Part shown: positions 1 through 8,608 of the stretch, piece by piece | Numbering within the stretch: position 1 is the first letter of the stretch | Layout of the letters: each line of letters begins with the position of its first letter | Source: Alphaproteobacteria bacterium | Lineage (GTDB): Bacteria; Pseudomonadota; Alphaproteobacteria; GCA-2746255 | NCBI GenBank assembly: GCA_021296325.1 | Contig: JAGWAR010000004.1 | Span: 53,126 to 117,125 of the forward strand | Direction: 5' to 3' | DNA: 64,000 nucleotides | The notes under the pieces: model-generated | Seen by the model: only the letters and a program-made list of their open reading frames with translations | What the model was told of the DNA's origin: nothing | Databases searched by the model: none | Made by a program: the position numbers and the translations under genes

Positions 1-541
1 CGCCGCCAAAGGCTTCCCGCCAGGTCTGACCGAGCGCGAGCCGCGCCTCGATAGCGACGCGTTCGCGCCCGATCGTCGTCGCCAGCGTGTTCAGCCCCAG
101 CGCGATGCCGGTCATCGTGTTGCCGAGGATCATGCCCAGAATCGGAATCGCATAGCGCGGGTGGTACCAGGGGTCCGGCTGCAACTGGGTGGTCAGCGCC
201 AGCACGGTGACGATCATGGCCGCCATCAGCATGCTCGTCGTGCCAAGGCCGTAGGTCCACCAGCCGGCGAGGCGGCGTTCCTGGCGGGCGAGGATCTCGC
301 GTCCGGCGAACAGCACCATGGCAAGCGCGACCAGCCCCGTGAGATAGGGCGAGACGATCGCGAACAACGCCTTCAGCACCAGGCCGACCAGAAACAGCTG
401 GGCGACCATGCGCAAGGCGGCAATCAGAAGCTGGCCCTCGAGCCGCAGGCGCAAGATGAAGGAAAGCCCGGCGTTCAGGAGAATCAGCAGCGAGGCGAGA
501 ACCAGGTCGCCATAGCTAAGCGCAATTATGCCGTCTGCCAC
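1..541 (-). CDS. fetB: FetB/YbbM-family (UPF0014) ABC-type permease, N-terminal ~180 codons; gene runs off the window start
   Basis: Hand translation of the minus strand from GTG at 541 (absent from the ORF track because it has no stop in the window): MADGIIALSYGDLVLASLLILLNAGLSF...RYAIPILGMILGNTMTGIALGLNTLATTIGRERVAIEARLALGQTW. It is multi-TM and resembles E. coli FetB as I recall it. The GTG overlaps the upstream ATPase stop (GTGGCAGACGGCATAA). Confidence 0.65.
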   Translation of the reverse strand, partial: MADGIIALSYGDLVLASLLILLNAGLSFILRLRLEGQLLIAALRMVAQLFLVGLVLKALFAIVSPYLTGLVALAMVLFAGREILARQERRLAGWWTYGLGTTSMLMAAMIVTVLALTTQLQPDPWYHPRYAIPILGMILGNTMTGIALGLNTLATTIGRERVAIEARLALGQTWREAFGG

Positions 542-1134
542 GTTTCCTCGCTTTCCAGACGCCCCTGCTTGAGATGCAGGCAGCGTTTCGCAAGGCGCTT
601 GCCCTGACGTTCGTCATGGGTGACGAAAAGAATCGAAACGCCTTCGGCCAGCCGCGCCTTCAACACCTTTTCGACCGTGGCGATGCTGGTCTCGTCCAGC
701 CCCGAGGTCGGCTCGTCCAGCAGCAGGACGGCCGGGCGCAACAGCAGCGCGCGGGCCAGCGCCAGCCGCTGGCGTTCGCCGGTGGACAGCCGGGCGACGG
801 TCCAGCCAAGCGCTTCCTCGGAAAGGCCGAGCCGGTCGAGCATCTCGCCCACCGCGCCGTCCTTCGGAAAATGGTCGCTGACCCGTTCCGCCCACCAGCC
901 GGATTCGGCGGGCAGGTACGTCACCATCCGCCGCCATTTCGGGGCCGGGAATTTCCCGCGTTCGGCGCCGAACAGGGTGATGGCGCCCTCGTTGGGGTCG
1001 AGGTCGGCGATGGCGCGCAGAAAAAGCGTCTTGCCGGCGCCGCTCGGCCCCATGACGGCGACGCATTCGCCGCCGCCGATGTCCAGGTCGATCGGGGCCA
1101 TGTTCGGGGTGCGAAGCGCAGCGATTTTCAGCAT
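526..1134 (-). CDS. fetA: ABC transporter ATP-binding protein, FetA/YbbL-like
   Basis: C-terminal 202 aa of ORF 526..1797, starting at ATG 1134 (MLKIAALRTP...). Walker A GPSGAGKT, signature LSTGERQR, Walker B LLLLDEPTS. Translationally coupled to the downstream permease. Confidence 0.8.
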   Translation of the reverse strand: MLKIAALRTPNMAPIDLDIGGGECVAVMGPSGAGKTLFLRAIADLDPNEGAITLFGAERGKFPAPKWRRMVTYLPAESGWWAERVSDHFPKDGAVGEMLDRLGLSEEALGWTVARLSTGERQRLALARALLLRPAVLLLDEPTSGLDETSIATVEKVLKARLAEGVSILFVTHDERQGKRLAKRCLHLKQGRLESEETWQTA

Positions 1135-1248
1135 GCTTCCCTTGTAGCGAATTGCCCCATCCCCGTCACCGTCCTCGGGGCATGAGGCCTTTCCACGGGG
1201 TGGAAAGCCAAGTAGGTTTTTCTCCGCCCACCGCCCGCAGGAGGCCCC

Positions 1249-1956
1249 TTGGACGACTTTTCGACCGCCTTTTCCCTTGCCTTCGACATGATCGGCCGGC
1301 TCGATCCCGATCTCGTCGAGATCGTCGTCCTTTCCCTCAAGGTCAGCCTGACGGCGCTGCTGGTCGCCGCCCTGATCGCGCTGCCCTTGGGGGCGGCCGT
1401 CGCCCTCTTTCGCTTTCCGGGCGTCGGCGTCCTTACCGTGCTGCTGAACGCGATGATGGGCCTGCCGCCGGTCGTCGTCGGCCTCGTCGTCTATCTCCTG
1501 ATCTCCCGTGCCGGCCCGCTCGGCGTGCTGGGACTCCTGTTCACGCCGACGGCGATGATCATCGCCCAGACACTGCTGATCGCACCGATCATCGCGGCGC
1601 TGACGCGCCAGGTCATCCTCGATCTTTGGGAGGAATATGGCGAACTTCTGGTTTCGCTCGGCGTCCACCGGGCGCGCGCCATCGCCACGCTGCTGTGGGA
1701 CGGGCGCTTCCGGGTGCTGACGGTCGTGCTGGCGGGCTTTGGGCGCGCCATGGCGGAAGTCGGCGCGGTGATGATCGTCGGCGGCAACATCAACCACGTC
1801 ACCCGCGTCATGACGACAACGATCGCGCTGGAAACCAGCAAGGGGAATCTCTCGCTGGCGCTCGGGCTCGGCATCATTCTCCTGACGCTTTCCCTGCTGA
1901 TCAACGGAGCCATCTACGTGGTCGGCGAATGGGCAGCCCGGAGGAACGCGGCATGA
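1249..1956 (+). CDS. tupB: ABC transporter permease, TupB-like (tungstate uptake family)
   Basis: 235-aa ORF with a TTG start 4 nt after AGGAGG (1239-1244). Multi-TM. LDPDLVEIVVLSLKVS and GPLGVLGLLFTPTAMIIAQTLLIAPII resemble TupB (COG4662) permeases as I recall them. An overlapping ATPase and moaA follow. Confidence 0.6.
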   Translation: MDDFSTAFSLAFDMIGRLDPDLVEIVVLSLKVSLTALLVAALIALPLGAAVALFRFPGVGVLTVLLNAMMGLPPVVVGLVVYLLISRAGPLGVLGLLFTPTAMIIAQTLLIAPIIAALTRQVILDLWEEYGELLVSLGVHRARAIATLLWDGRFRVLTVVLAGFGRAMAEVGAVMIVGGNINHVTRVMTTTIALETSKGNLSLALGLGIILLTLSLLINGAIYVVGEWAARRNAA

Positions 1957-2672
1957 CCCCGTCGATCTTCCCGCTGAGAATCGAGAACCTCGTATACGAA
2001 GTCGGCGAACGGGCGTTGCTGCGCGGCATCACCGCCGAGATCGGCGCCACGCAGCGCACGGTGATTCTGGGTCCCAACGGCGCCGGCAAGAGCCTGCTGC
2101 TCCGGCTCTGCCACGGCCTGCTCGCGCCCACCGGCGGCCGGGTCGTCTGGCAGGGCAGGAAGGAAGGGGCGGCGATCCGCGATCAGGCGATGGTATTCCA
2201 GCGGCCGGTCACGCTGCGCCGTTCCGTTGCCGCCAACGTTGCTTACGCGCTCGCCATCCGGGGCGTGTCCCGTGGGCCGCGCCGGCTGCGCGTCGACGAA
2301 GTGCTGGCCCGCACCGGGTTGACGGCGAAGGCCAGGGTGTCGGCGCGCGTCCTTTCCGGCGGCGAACAGCAGCGCCTTGCGCTGGCCCGGGCCTGGGCGT
2401 CGCGGCCCCAGGTCCTGTTCCTGGACGAACCCACCGCCAACCTCGACCCGGCGGCGACCCGCGCCGTCGAAGAGGTCATCCTCGAGATTCAGGCAAGCGG
2501 CACGAAAATCGTCATGACAACCCACGACCTTGGCCAGGCGCGCCGCTTGGGCGAGGAAATCCTCTTCCTCTGCGACGGCCGCCTGGTCGAACGCAAACCG
2601 GCGGACCGCTTCTTCGCCGGCCCGGAAAGCCCGGAGGCCGCGGCCTTTATCGAGGGTCGGCTCACATGGTAG
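1953..2672 (+). CDS. tupC: ABC transporter ATP-binding protein, TupC-like
   Basis: 239-aa tail of ORF 1152..2672 from ATG 1953 (ATGA overlap with the tupB stop). Walker A GPNGAGKS, signature LSGGEQQR, Walker [12 protein letters not shown]. Confidence 0.65.
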   Translation: MTPSIFPLRIENLVYEVGERALLRGITAEIGATQRTVILGPNGAGKSLLLRLCHGLLAPTGGRVVWQGRKEGAAIRDQAMVFQRPVTLRRSVAANVAYALAIRGVSRGPRRLRVDEVLARTGLTAKARVSARVLSGGEQQRLALARAWASRPQVLFLDEPTANLDPAATRAVEEVILEIQASGTKIVMTTHDLGQARRLGEEILFLCDGRLVERKPADRFFAGPESPEAAAFIEGRLTW

Positions 2673-2736
2673 ACTTGCCCTTGGACACGAACCGCCAGTT
2701 TCCCGTCGATGGGGAAGGAAAAGGAGCCGACGCATC

Positions 2737-3726
2737 ATGATCGATCCCTTCGGACGCGAGGTTACCTATTTGCGGGTCTCCGTCACGGATCGCTGCGACC
2801 TTCGCTGCGTCTATTGCATGTCGGAGGACATGAGCTTCCTGCCGAAGCGCGAGTTGCTGACGCTGGAGGAACTCGATCGCGTCTGCAGCGCCTTTATTTC
2901 CCTGGGCGTGCGCAAAATCCGCATCACCGGCGGCGAGCCGCTGGTGCGCCGCGGCATCCTCACGCTCTTCGAGAGCCTCGGCCGCCACCTGAAGACGGGG
3001 GCGCTCGACGAACTGGCCCTCACGACGAACGGCAACCACCTTGCGAAACACGCCGCCGCCCTTTACGCGGCCGGCGTGCGCCGCGTCAACGTCTCGCTCG
3101 ACACCCTGCAGCCGGACCGCTTCCGCGCGATCACGCGCTGGGGCAAGATCGAAACCGTGCTGGAAGGCATCCGCGCGGCAAAGAAGGCGGGGCTTCGCGT
3201 CAAGATCAACACGGTGGCGCTGAAAGGCGTCAACGAGGACGAATTCGATCGCCTGCTGGCCTGGTGCGGGGCGGAAGGATTCGACTGGACGCTCATCGAG
3301 ACGATGCCGATGGGCGAGATCGAACAGGACCGGATGGACCAGTACCTTTCCCTGAAGGACGTGCGCCGCCGACTCGAGGAACGCTGGACGCTTCGCGACA
3401 GCGCGCATCGCAGCGGCGGGCCCGCCCGCTACGTGGAGGTCGCGGAAACCGGCGGCCGCGTCGGCTTCATCACGCCGCTTTCCCACAATTTCTGCGAATC
3501 CTGCAACCGGGTACGGCTGACCTGCACCGGGCGGCTTTACATGTGCCTGGGCCAGGAAGACCAGGCCGATCTCAAGACCCCCGTGCGCACGGGCGAAAGC
3601 GACGCCCCCCTGATCGACGCCATCCATGCAGCCATCGGCCGCAAACCCGAAGGCCATGATTTCGTTATCGAACGCAGGAACGCGGCCCCCGCCCTTGGCC
3701 GCCATATGAGCGTCACCGGCGGCTAG
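2737..3726 (+). CDS. moaA: GTP 3',8-cyclase MoaA (radical SAM, molybdopterin/tungstopterin synthesis step 1)
   Basis: ATG 2737 preceded by GGAAGGAAAAGGAG. Radical-SAM CDLRCVYC, second cluster motif [19 protein letters not shown]-terminal GG. 329 aa. Confidence 0.92.
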   Translation: MIDPFGREVTYLRVSVTDRCDLRCVYCMSEDMSFLPKRELLTLEELDRVCSAFISLGVRKIRITGGEPLVRRGILTLFESLGRHLKTGALDELALTTNGNHLAKHAAALYAAGVRRVNVSLDTLQPDRFRAITRWGKIETVLEGIRAAKKAGLRVKINTVALKGVNEDEFDRLLAWCGAEGFDWTLIETMPMGEIEQDRMDQYLSLKDVRRRLEERWTLRDSAHRSGGPARYVEVAETGGRVGFITPLSHNFCESCNRVRLTCTGRLYMCLGQEDQADLKTPVRTGESDAPLIDAIHAAIGRKPEGHDFVIERRNAAPALGRHMSVTGG

Positions 3727-3737
3727 CTTTCGGCCGT

Positions 3738-4055
3738 TCAGCCCCCGCCGCGCTGGGTGCGCAGCACGAAATACTTCATGAACACGTCGACGTCCTCTTC
3801 CGTATAGCCGTGGAAGGTGAAAGTGATCTCGGTGTCCTGCATCTTGATGGAAGCGCCAAGCTTGCGCGTCTTTTCCGGGGCCAGGTCGAGGGTGATCTTC
3901 TTTTCCCCGTTGTCGGCCACTAGGCGCGTGCCCTCGATCTTCACCGGAAGCGGTTCGAAGAACTTGGGAACGGCGCGAAAAATTTCCTTGTGGGAATAGG
4001 CAAGCTCAAGAACGCGGCGGTGGACGTCGCCGTCTTTGGTTGTCATTTCCGCCAT
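3738..4055 (-). CDS. Hypothetical 105-aa protein ending RGGG; last gene of the aor operon (AorE position)
   Basis: ATG at 4055 shares one nt with the upstream TAA (TAATG). MAEMTTKDGDVHRRVLELAY...FMKYFVLRTQRGGG. GC3-rich codons. I recognise no family. Confidence 0.7.
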   Translation of the reverse strand: MAEMTTKDGDVHRRVLELAYSHKEIFRAVPKFFEPLPVKIEGTRLVADNGEKKITLDLAPEKTRKLGASIKMQDTEITFTFHGYTEEDVDVFMKYFVLRTQRGGG

Positions 4056-4306
4056 TATCCGCCCGCCAGTGGTGGCCACATCGCCAGCGTATCGCCATCC
4101 TTCAATGTGTGCGAGGCGAAATCGCCCGGCGTGACGTAGGCGCCGTTGACCAGCGTCATGTGAATCATGTTCGTCGGCACCCCCTGGCGTTCGACGACGC
4201 TCTGCACGGACGCGCCGTCCTCGACTTCGATCTCGGCGGCGTTGTCCTTCGTGCCCTCGGGCAGGTAGTCCTTCAGGGTCGTGTAGAATTTCAGCGTAAT
4301 TTTCAT
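4055..4306 (-). CDS. MoaD/ThiS-family sulfur-carrier-like protein (AorD-like)
   Basis: 83 aa from ATG 4306 (ATGA overlap with the aorC stop). MKITLKFYTTLKDYLPEG...DGDTLAMWPPLAGG, with the diagnostic C-terminal Gly-Gly. Confidence 0.8.
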   Translation of the reverse strand: MKITLKFYTTLKDYLPEGTKDNAAEIEVEDGASVQSVVERQGVPTNMIHMTLVNGAYVTPGDFASHTLKDGDTLAMWPPLAGG

Positions 4307-5562
4307 GGTAGCGTCTGTGCCTGTGCCTTTGCCAGATAAGCCGACATCAACTGCGTTGGGTCGGATTTCAGTTTTTCCTTCCACGGCCCAAGATGGGTCT
4401 CCGTCTGAATGAGCCCGCGAAGCACGCCGACATGCTGGGTCAGGCCTAGCGCCTGGGCGCCGACGAGCACGTCGTCTTTGAATTCAAGGCGAAGGTAACG
4501 GAAATTCTCCTCGTCCAGAAGCTCGGCGTGATCGCCGCCCTCGACGCCCATCCACTGGCCGAAGGAGCTTGAAATCAGCCCCACCGTGTCCAGCACGTTC
4601 ATGTTCAACGAGCCCGGATGCGGGGTCTGCACGCCGGCCATGTTCTGGGCGGCGATGCGGCCATGCTCGGTGGCCGTCGGCTGGATGGCCTGGACCTCGT
4701 AGCCGCCGGTCGAAAAATCGCGCCCCTTCGCGCAGTCGCCGGCCGCGTAGATGTCAGCGACGCTCGTCTCCATGTGTTCGTTGATCAGGATGCCGCCATC
4801 CGTCTCGACGCCGCTGCCCTTAAGGTAGTCAAGCGCCGGCGCCACTCCGGTCGAAGCGATGATCAGATCCGCCTCCAGCTGCTGGCCGTCCTTCGTGTGG
4901 ATCAGGTAGCGCGGCTTCTTGTCCTTCCGCTTCTCGATCTTGGTGACCTGGGTCGAGGTGTGGACGGTGATCCCCTTCTTCTCGCACCAGCGCTTGATGA
5001 GATTCCCGCAGGTCTCGTTCATCATGCGCGGCACCATGCGGTCGCCCATCTCGACGATGGTAAGCTCGACGCCGGTCGCGGCGATCGCCTCCATGATGAT
5101 GCAACCGATGAAGCCAGCGCCCATCTGCAGGACCTTCGTGCCCTTCTTGCACCGCTTGGCAATCAGGCGCGCGTCCGCCAGCGTCCAGCAGCCGGTGATG
5201 TCGGGGTCCTCGATGCCGGGCACCGGCGGGCGGATGGGGAAAGCCCCCGTCGCCAGCAGCAGCTTGTCGTAACCGGCCGTCTTGCCGCTCTCGAGGTGCA
5301 GTTCCTTCTTCTTCGGGTCGATTTTCGTCACCTGCGCCTGCAGATAGTCGATCCGGTGCTTCTTGTAATGATCGGCGTCCGTTTTGAGATAGGTGCCCTC
5401 TTCCTTGACGTTGCCGATCAGGTAGTAGGGGATCGCCATCCGCGAATAGGGGGGCTCGGGCTCGCCGCCGATCAGCAGGATTTCATCTTCCGCCCGCAGC
5501 TTGCGCAGGATTCCGGAAGCAACCACGCCGGCCGGGCCGGCACCCACGATGACGTGTTTCAT
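4303..5562 (-). CDS. aorC: FAD/NAD(P)-binding pyridine-nucleotide-disulfide-type oxidoreductase, AorC-like subunit
   Basis: 419 aa. N-terminal VIVGAGPAGVVAS and a second Rossmann motif LQMGAGFIGCIIME. Lies directly downstream of the AOR catalytic subunit. Confidence 0.8.
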   Translation of the reverse strand: MKHVIVGAGPAGVVASGILRKLRAEDEILLIGGEPEPPYSRMAIPYYLIGNVKEEGTYLKTDADHYKKHRIDYLQAQVTKIDPKKKELHLESGKTAGYDKLLLATGAFPIRPPVPGIEDPDITGCWTLADARLIAKRCKKGTKVLQMGAGFIGCIIMEAIAATGVELTIVEMGDRMVPRMMNETCGNLIKRWCEKKGITVHTSTQVTKIEKRKDKKPRYLIHTKDGQQLEADLIIASTGVAPALDYLKGSGVETDGGILINEHMETSVADIYAAGDCAKGRDFSTGGYEVQAIQPTATEHGRIAAQNMAGVQTPHPGSLNMNVLDTVGLISSSFGQWMGVEGGDHAELLDEENFRYLRLEFKDDVLVGAQALGLTQHVGVLRGLIQTETHLGPWKEKLKSDPTQLMSAYLAKAQAQTLP

Positions 5563-5675
5563 CTTTCGGCTTCCCCCGTGATGGCCCCGGTCCGCCCTGG
5601 CCGGGAAAAAATCGGAGAAGGCACGCGTTCGCGCCTTCTCCGATGTATTGGTGATTCACCCACCTTGAAAACGGC

Positions 5676-7520
5676 TTATACGTTGAGCCGCTTAATCGTG
5701 TCGTTCGATGGCTGCCCGTCCGGCGTCCAGCCGCGCAGCTCGTAATATTCCGGAAGCATCTTGTCGAGCAGCGCCACCAGGCCCTTGCCGACCCCGGTTT
5801 CGGCCGGCGTCTCCAGAAGTCGCTTCGGCAGCGTGTCGTCGGCCGTCGTCAGGCCGGCCTTGTTGTTGAACAGGCGCTCCAGGTTCCACACCCGCTCGCC
5901 AAGTTCCATCATCTTTTCCATCGACCAGTCGCCTTCGCTGTCGGCCTGGACCAGCTGCTGGTACTGATCCAGCGTCCAGGCGAAGTTCGGGAACATGCAA
6001 AGACCGGTCGAATCGACGGCCGAGGTCGTGTCCTGGGCCAGCTTCGTGATCTCCGCTTTGCCTTCCGTCGTCAGCGGGTCGAGCTTGGTGCCGACGCCGA
6101 AGATTTCGACGGCGATCGTGTAGCCCCGCAGGTGGCAGGCGCCGCGGTTGCTGGTCGCGTAGGCTAGGGACATGCCCTGGGCGCCGCGCGGGTCGTAGGC
6201 CGCAAATTCCTGGCCCTTGACGGTCATGGCGACCTCGGGATGGCCGTATTTCTCGCAAAGCAGCTTGGAGCCAAGGCCGAGGTCCTTGCCGAAACCTTCG
6301 CCCTTGCCGGCCAGTTCGACGGCCTCGACGAGGGCTTCCGCCGACCCGAATTTCAGCTTCAGGCCGCCGGTTTCCTTGTCGGTGATGTAGCCCCGCTCGT
6401 AAAGCTCCATGGCGGCGGCCAGCGAGGCGCCGAAGGAGATCGTGTCCATCCCCTGTTCGTTGCAGATGAAGTTCGCGTAGGTCAGCGCCTCGAGATCGTC
6501 GATGCCGCAGTCGCCGCCCATCGCCCAGGAGGACTCGTATTCAAGCCCGCCGGAGGCGTTGTGGTATTGCGGCTTGTCCTTCACGGAGAAATGATTCGGG
6601 TCGATGACGCTGACCCGTCCGCAGGCGATCGTGCAGCCGAAGCAGGCGGAATTGCGCACCATGTTCGTGCGTCCGTCCGTCTCGCGCACCTCGAACATCG
6701 CCTCGCCGCCGATCTTGTCGGCGCCTTCGAACTGGACCTGCTGATGGTTGCGGGTCGGGTAGATGCCGGTGGCGTTGATGACGCTGGTCACGCCTTGGGT
6801 GCCGTACTGGGTGAGGCCGTTCGTAAAGGCGCTTTCCTTGAGGTCCGTCTTCGTGGCCTGGGCGACCTGCATGAACTCGCGGGGGTTCTCGACCTTGACG
6901 CCGGTCGTCCCGCGGACGGCCACCGCCTTCAGGTTCTTCGAGCCCATCACCGTGCCGACGCCGGAACGCCCGGCCGCCCGGTGCAAATCGTTTACGATGC
7001 AGGCGTATTTCGAGCCGGTCTCGCCGGCCACCCCGATCGAGGCGACCCGGATTAACGGGTCCTGATGGGTCTTCTTGATCCACTCCTCCGTCTCCCAGAC
7101 GCTTTTGCCCCAAAGCTTGTCGGCCGGTAGGATACGGACGTCGTCGTCGTTGATCATGAGGTAGACCGGCTCTTTCGCCCGGCCTTCCAGGATCAGCATG
7201 TCGTAGCCCGCGAATTTGAGCTCGGCGCCGAAGAAGCCGCCGGAATTCGAGCACGCGATGGCGCCGGTGAGCGCCCCTTTCGTCACCGCCACGTAGCGGC
7301 CCGAGGTGGACGCGCTGGTGCCGGTCAGCGGGCCGGTGGCCAGGATCAGCTTGTTGTCGGGCGCGATGGGATCGACCTTGGGGTCGATTTCCTCATACAG
7401 GTATTTCGACGCCAGGCCGCGCGAACCGAGGTAAAGCTTCGCCCACTCCATGTTGAGGGGCTCCGTCTCGCAGGTTCCCTTCGTCAGATTGACCCGCAAA
7501 ATCTTCCGATGCCACGTCAT
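5676..7520 (-). CDS. aorB: Tungsten-containing aldehyde:ferredoxin oxidoreductase family catalytic subunit (AorB-like)
   Basis: 614 aa. N-terminus MTWHRKILRVNLTKG...GSRGLASKYLYEE is typical of the AOR family. [4Fe-4S] motif CFGCTIAC (CxxCxxxC), plus NRGACHLRG. Confidence 0.9.
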   Translation of the reverse strand: MTWHRKILRVNLTKGTCETEPLNMEWAKLYLGSRGLASKYLYEEIDPKVDPIAPDNKLILATGPLTGTSASTSGRYVAVTKGALTGAIACSNSGGFFGAELKFAGYDMLILEGRAKEPVYLMINDDDVRILPADKLWGKSVWETEEWIKKTHQDPLIRVASIGVAGETGSKYACIVNDLHRAAGRSGVGTVMGSKNLKAVAVRGTTGVKVENPREFMQVAQATKTDLKESAFTNGLTQYGTQGVTSVINATGIYPTRNHQQVQFEGADKIGGEAMFEVRETDGRTNMVRNSACFGCTIACGRVSVIDPNHFSVKDKPQYHNASGGLEYESSWAMGGDCGIDDLEALTYANFICNEQGMDTISFGASLAAAMELYERGYITDKETGGLKLKFGSAEALVEAVELAGKGEGFGKDLGLGSKLLCEKYGHPEVAMTVKGQEFAAYDPRGAQGMSLAYATSNRGACHLRGYTIAVEIFGVGTKLDPLTTEGKAEITKLAQDTTSAVDSTGLCMFPNFAWTLDQYQQLVQADSEGDWSMEKMMELGERVWNLERLFNNKAGLTTADDTLPKRLLETPAETGVGKGLVALLDKMLPEYYELRGWTPDGQPSNDTIKRLNV

Positions 7521-7538
7521 GGTGTTCTCTCCTGAGGT

Positions 7539-8045
7539 TCAGTGCCCGGCGGGCGCGCTCGGCTTGGCCGCCGCCGTGGTCGTGCCGGTGTCCGTTTTGG
7601 CGGCCCATTCCCGCATCTTGTCCAGCCCGGTCCAGTTCGCGTCCACATAGGTGATCGCTTCCGTCGGGCAGGCCTTCGCGCAGGCCGGATCGCCGCCGCA
7701 AAGATCGCATTTGATGACTTTTCCGCTCGACTGGTTGTAGTTCACCGTGCCGAAGGGGCAGGCGATCGTGCAAACCTTGCAGCCGACGCAGGTCGCCTCG
7801 TCCACCACCTTCGCGCCCGTCGTCGCGTCCATCTTGATGGCGTCGACCGGGCAGGCGTGGAGGCACCAGGCTTCCGCGCATTGCGTGCAGGTATAGGGAA
7901 CGAAACGGCCTTGTTCTTCGAAGTGGAAAATCTTGATGCGGGAGTGGGCGGGGTTGAACGATCCCTCCAGCTCGTAAGCGCAGGCCATTTCACACTGAAG
8001 ACAGCCCGTGCATTTGTTGGGATCGATATTTAGGGATTTCTGCAT
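7539..8045 (-). CDS. aorA: 4Fe-4S polyferredoxin subunit (AorA-like)
   Basis: 168 aa from ATG 8045 (MQKSLNIDPNKCTGC), RBS GGAAGGGGAAGGA. Four cluster motifs: CTGCLQCEMAC, CTQCAEAWCLHACP, CVGCKVCTIACP, CDLCGGDPACAKACP. Confidence 0.88.
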   Translation of the reverse strand: MQKSLNIDPNKCTGCLQCEMACAYELEGSFNPAHSRIKIFHFEEQGRFVPYTCTQCAEAWCLHACPVDAIKMDATTGAKVVDEATCVGCKVCTIACPFGTVNYNQSSGKVIKCDLCGGDPACAKACPTEAITYVDANWTGLDKMREWAAKTDTGTTTAAAKPSAPAGH

Positions 8046-8097
8046 TCCGTTCCTTCCCCTTCCAGCACTTTTCTTGAAAGCATCCTGTTCTGCTAGA

Positions 8098-8126
8098 AAA
8101 CTAAGAGCCGGCCCCGGACCTGTCAA
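8098..8126 (-). promoter_or_regulatory. Candidate sigma70 promoter of the aor operon
   Basis: On the minus strand: TTGACA (8126-8121), 17 nt, TAGTTT (8103-8098), about 50 nt upstream of the aorA ATG. Sequence match only. Confidence 0.35.
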
Positions 8127-8249
8127 TCAAGGCCTTGGCGGGACCAAGCCTGCACTGCCCGGATGACCTCTTTATTATATAGAGGCGGGCACAGGGGACA
8201 GAAACACCGGCCTGCCTATGTTTTTTTATGTTTTTTTCCCCAAATTTTC

Positions 8250-8411
8250 CTAGTAGCCGGTTTCAAGGTCGGCCAGGGTCTCCGGGTCCAGTTCGAACGC
8301 CTCGCCGCAATGGGGGCAGGCAAGTTTTCCTGCCTCGTTGCGCGGCGTCTGTTGCAGAGGGTAGCGGTAGGTGCAATGCCTGCATTTATAAAGAACGTCG
8401 GGAAGCTCCAT
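8250..8411 (-). CDS. Small zinc-ribbon protein (53 aa)
   Basis: ATG 8411. MELPDVLYKCRHCTYRYPLQQTPRNEAGKLACPHCGEAFELDPETLADLETGY, with two CxxC pairs. Confidence 0.55.
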   Translation of the reverse strand: MELPDVLYKCRHCTYRYPLQQTPRNEAGKLACPHCGEAFELDPETLADLETGY

Positions 8412-8608
8412 CCCGCTTTCCGGCCCATCTTCCGCCACGGCTTGTCTCCTTGTCCCCCGTTCCCGCGAACCCAGCATAGGTTTCGGGCCACCCCCCGGCA
8501 ACGGTCCAAATTTAAGCTAAATCCGGCCGAAAAGACCGGCCCCGGCGTGCCCGCCCGCAACGAAGCATTAACCGCGGCGCATCTACACTTTCGGCTGGAA
8601 CCGCAAAT

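Noticed and set aside
161-607. 148-aa plus-strand ORF at the window start, and the N-terminal extension of ORF 526..1797
   Set aside because: The plus-strand ORF is antisense to the FetB-like permease, which translates cleanly on the minus strand. The real ATPase starts at ATG 1134, and the upstream 221 codons are Arg/Asp/Gln-rich with no domain content.
8046-8250. Sigma54 (-24/-12) promoter for the aor operon, as reported for some AOR-type operons
   Set aside because: The candidates are TAGCAGAACAGGATGCT, whose GG-to-GC spacing is off by one, and TTGGTCCCGCCAAGGCC, which has correct spacing but a poor -12 TTGC. Neither is convincing, and the sigma70-like TTGACA-17-TAGTTT fits better. I made a similar negative by-eye search upstream of amtB (63070-63331).
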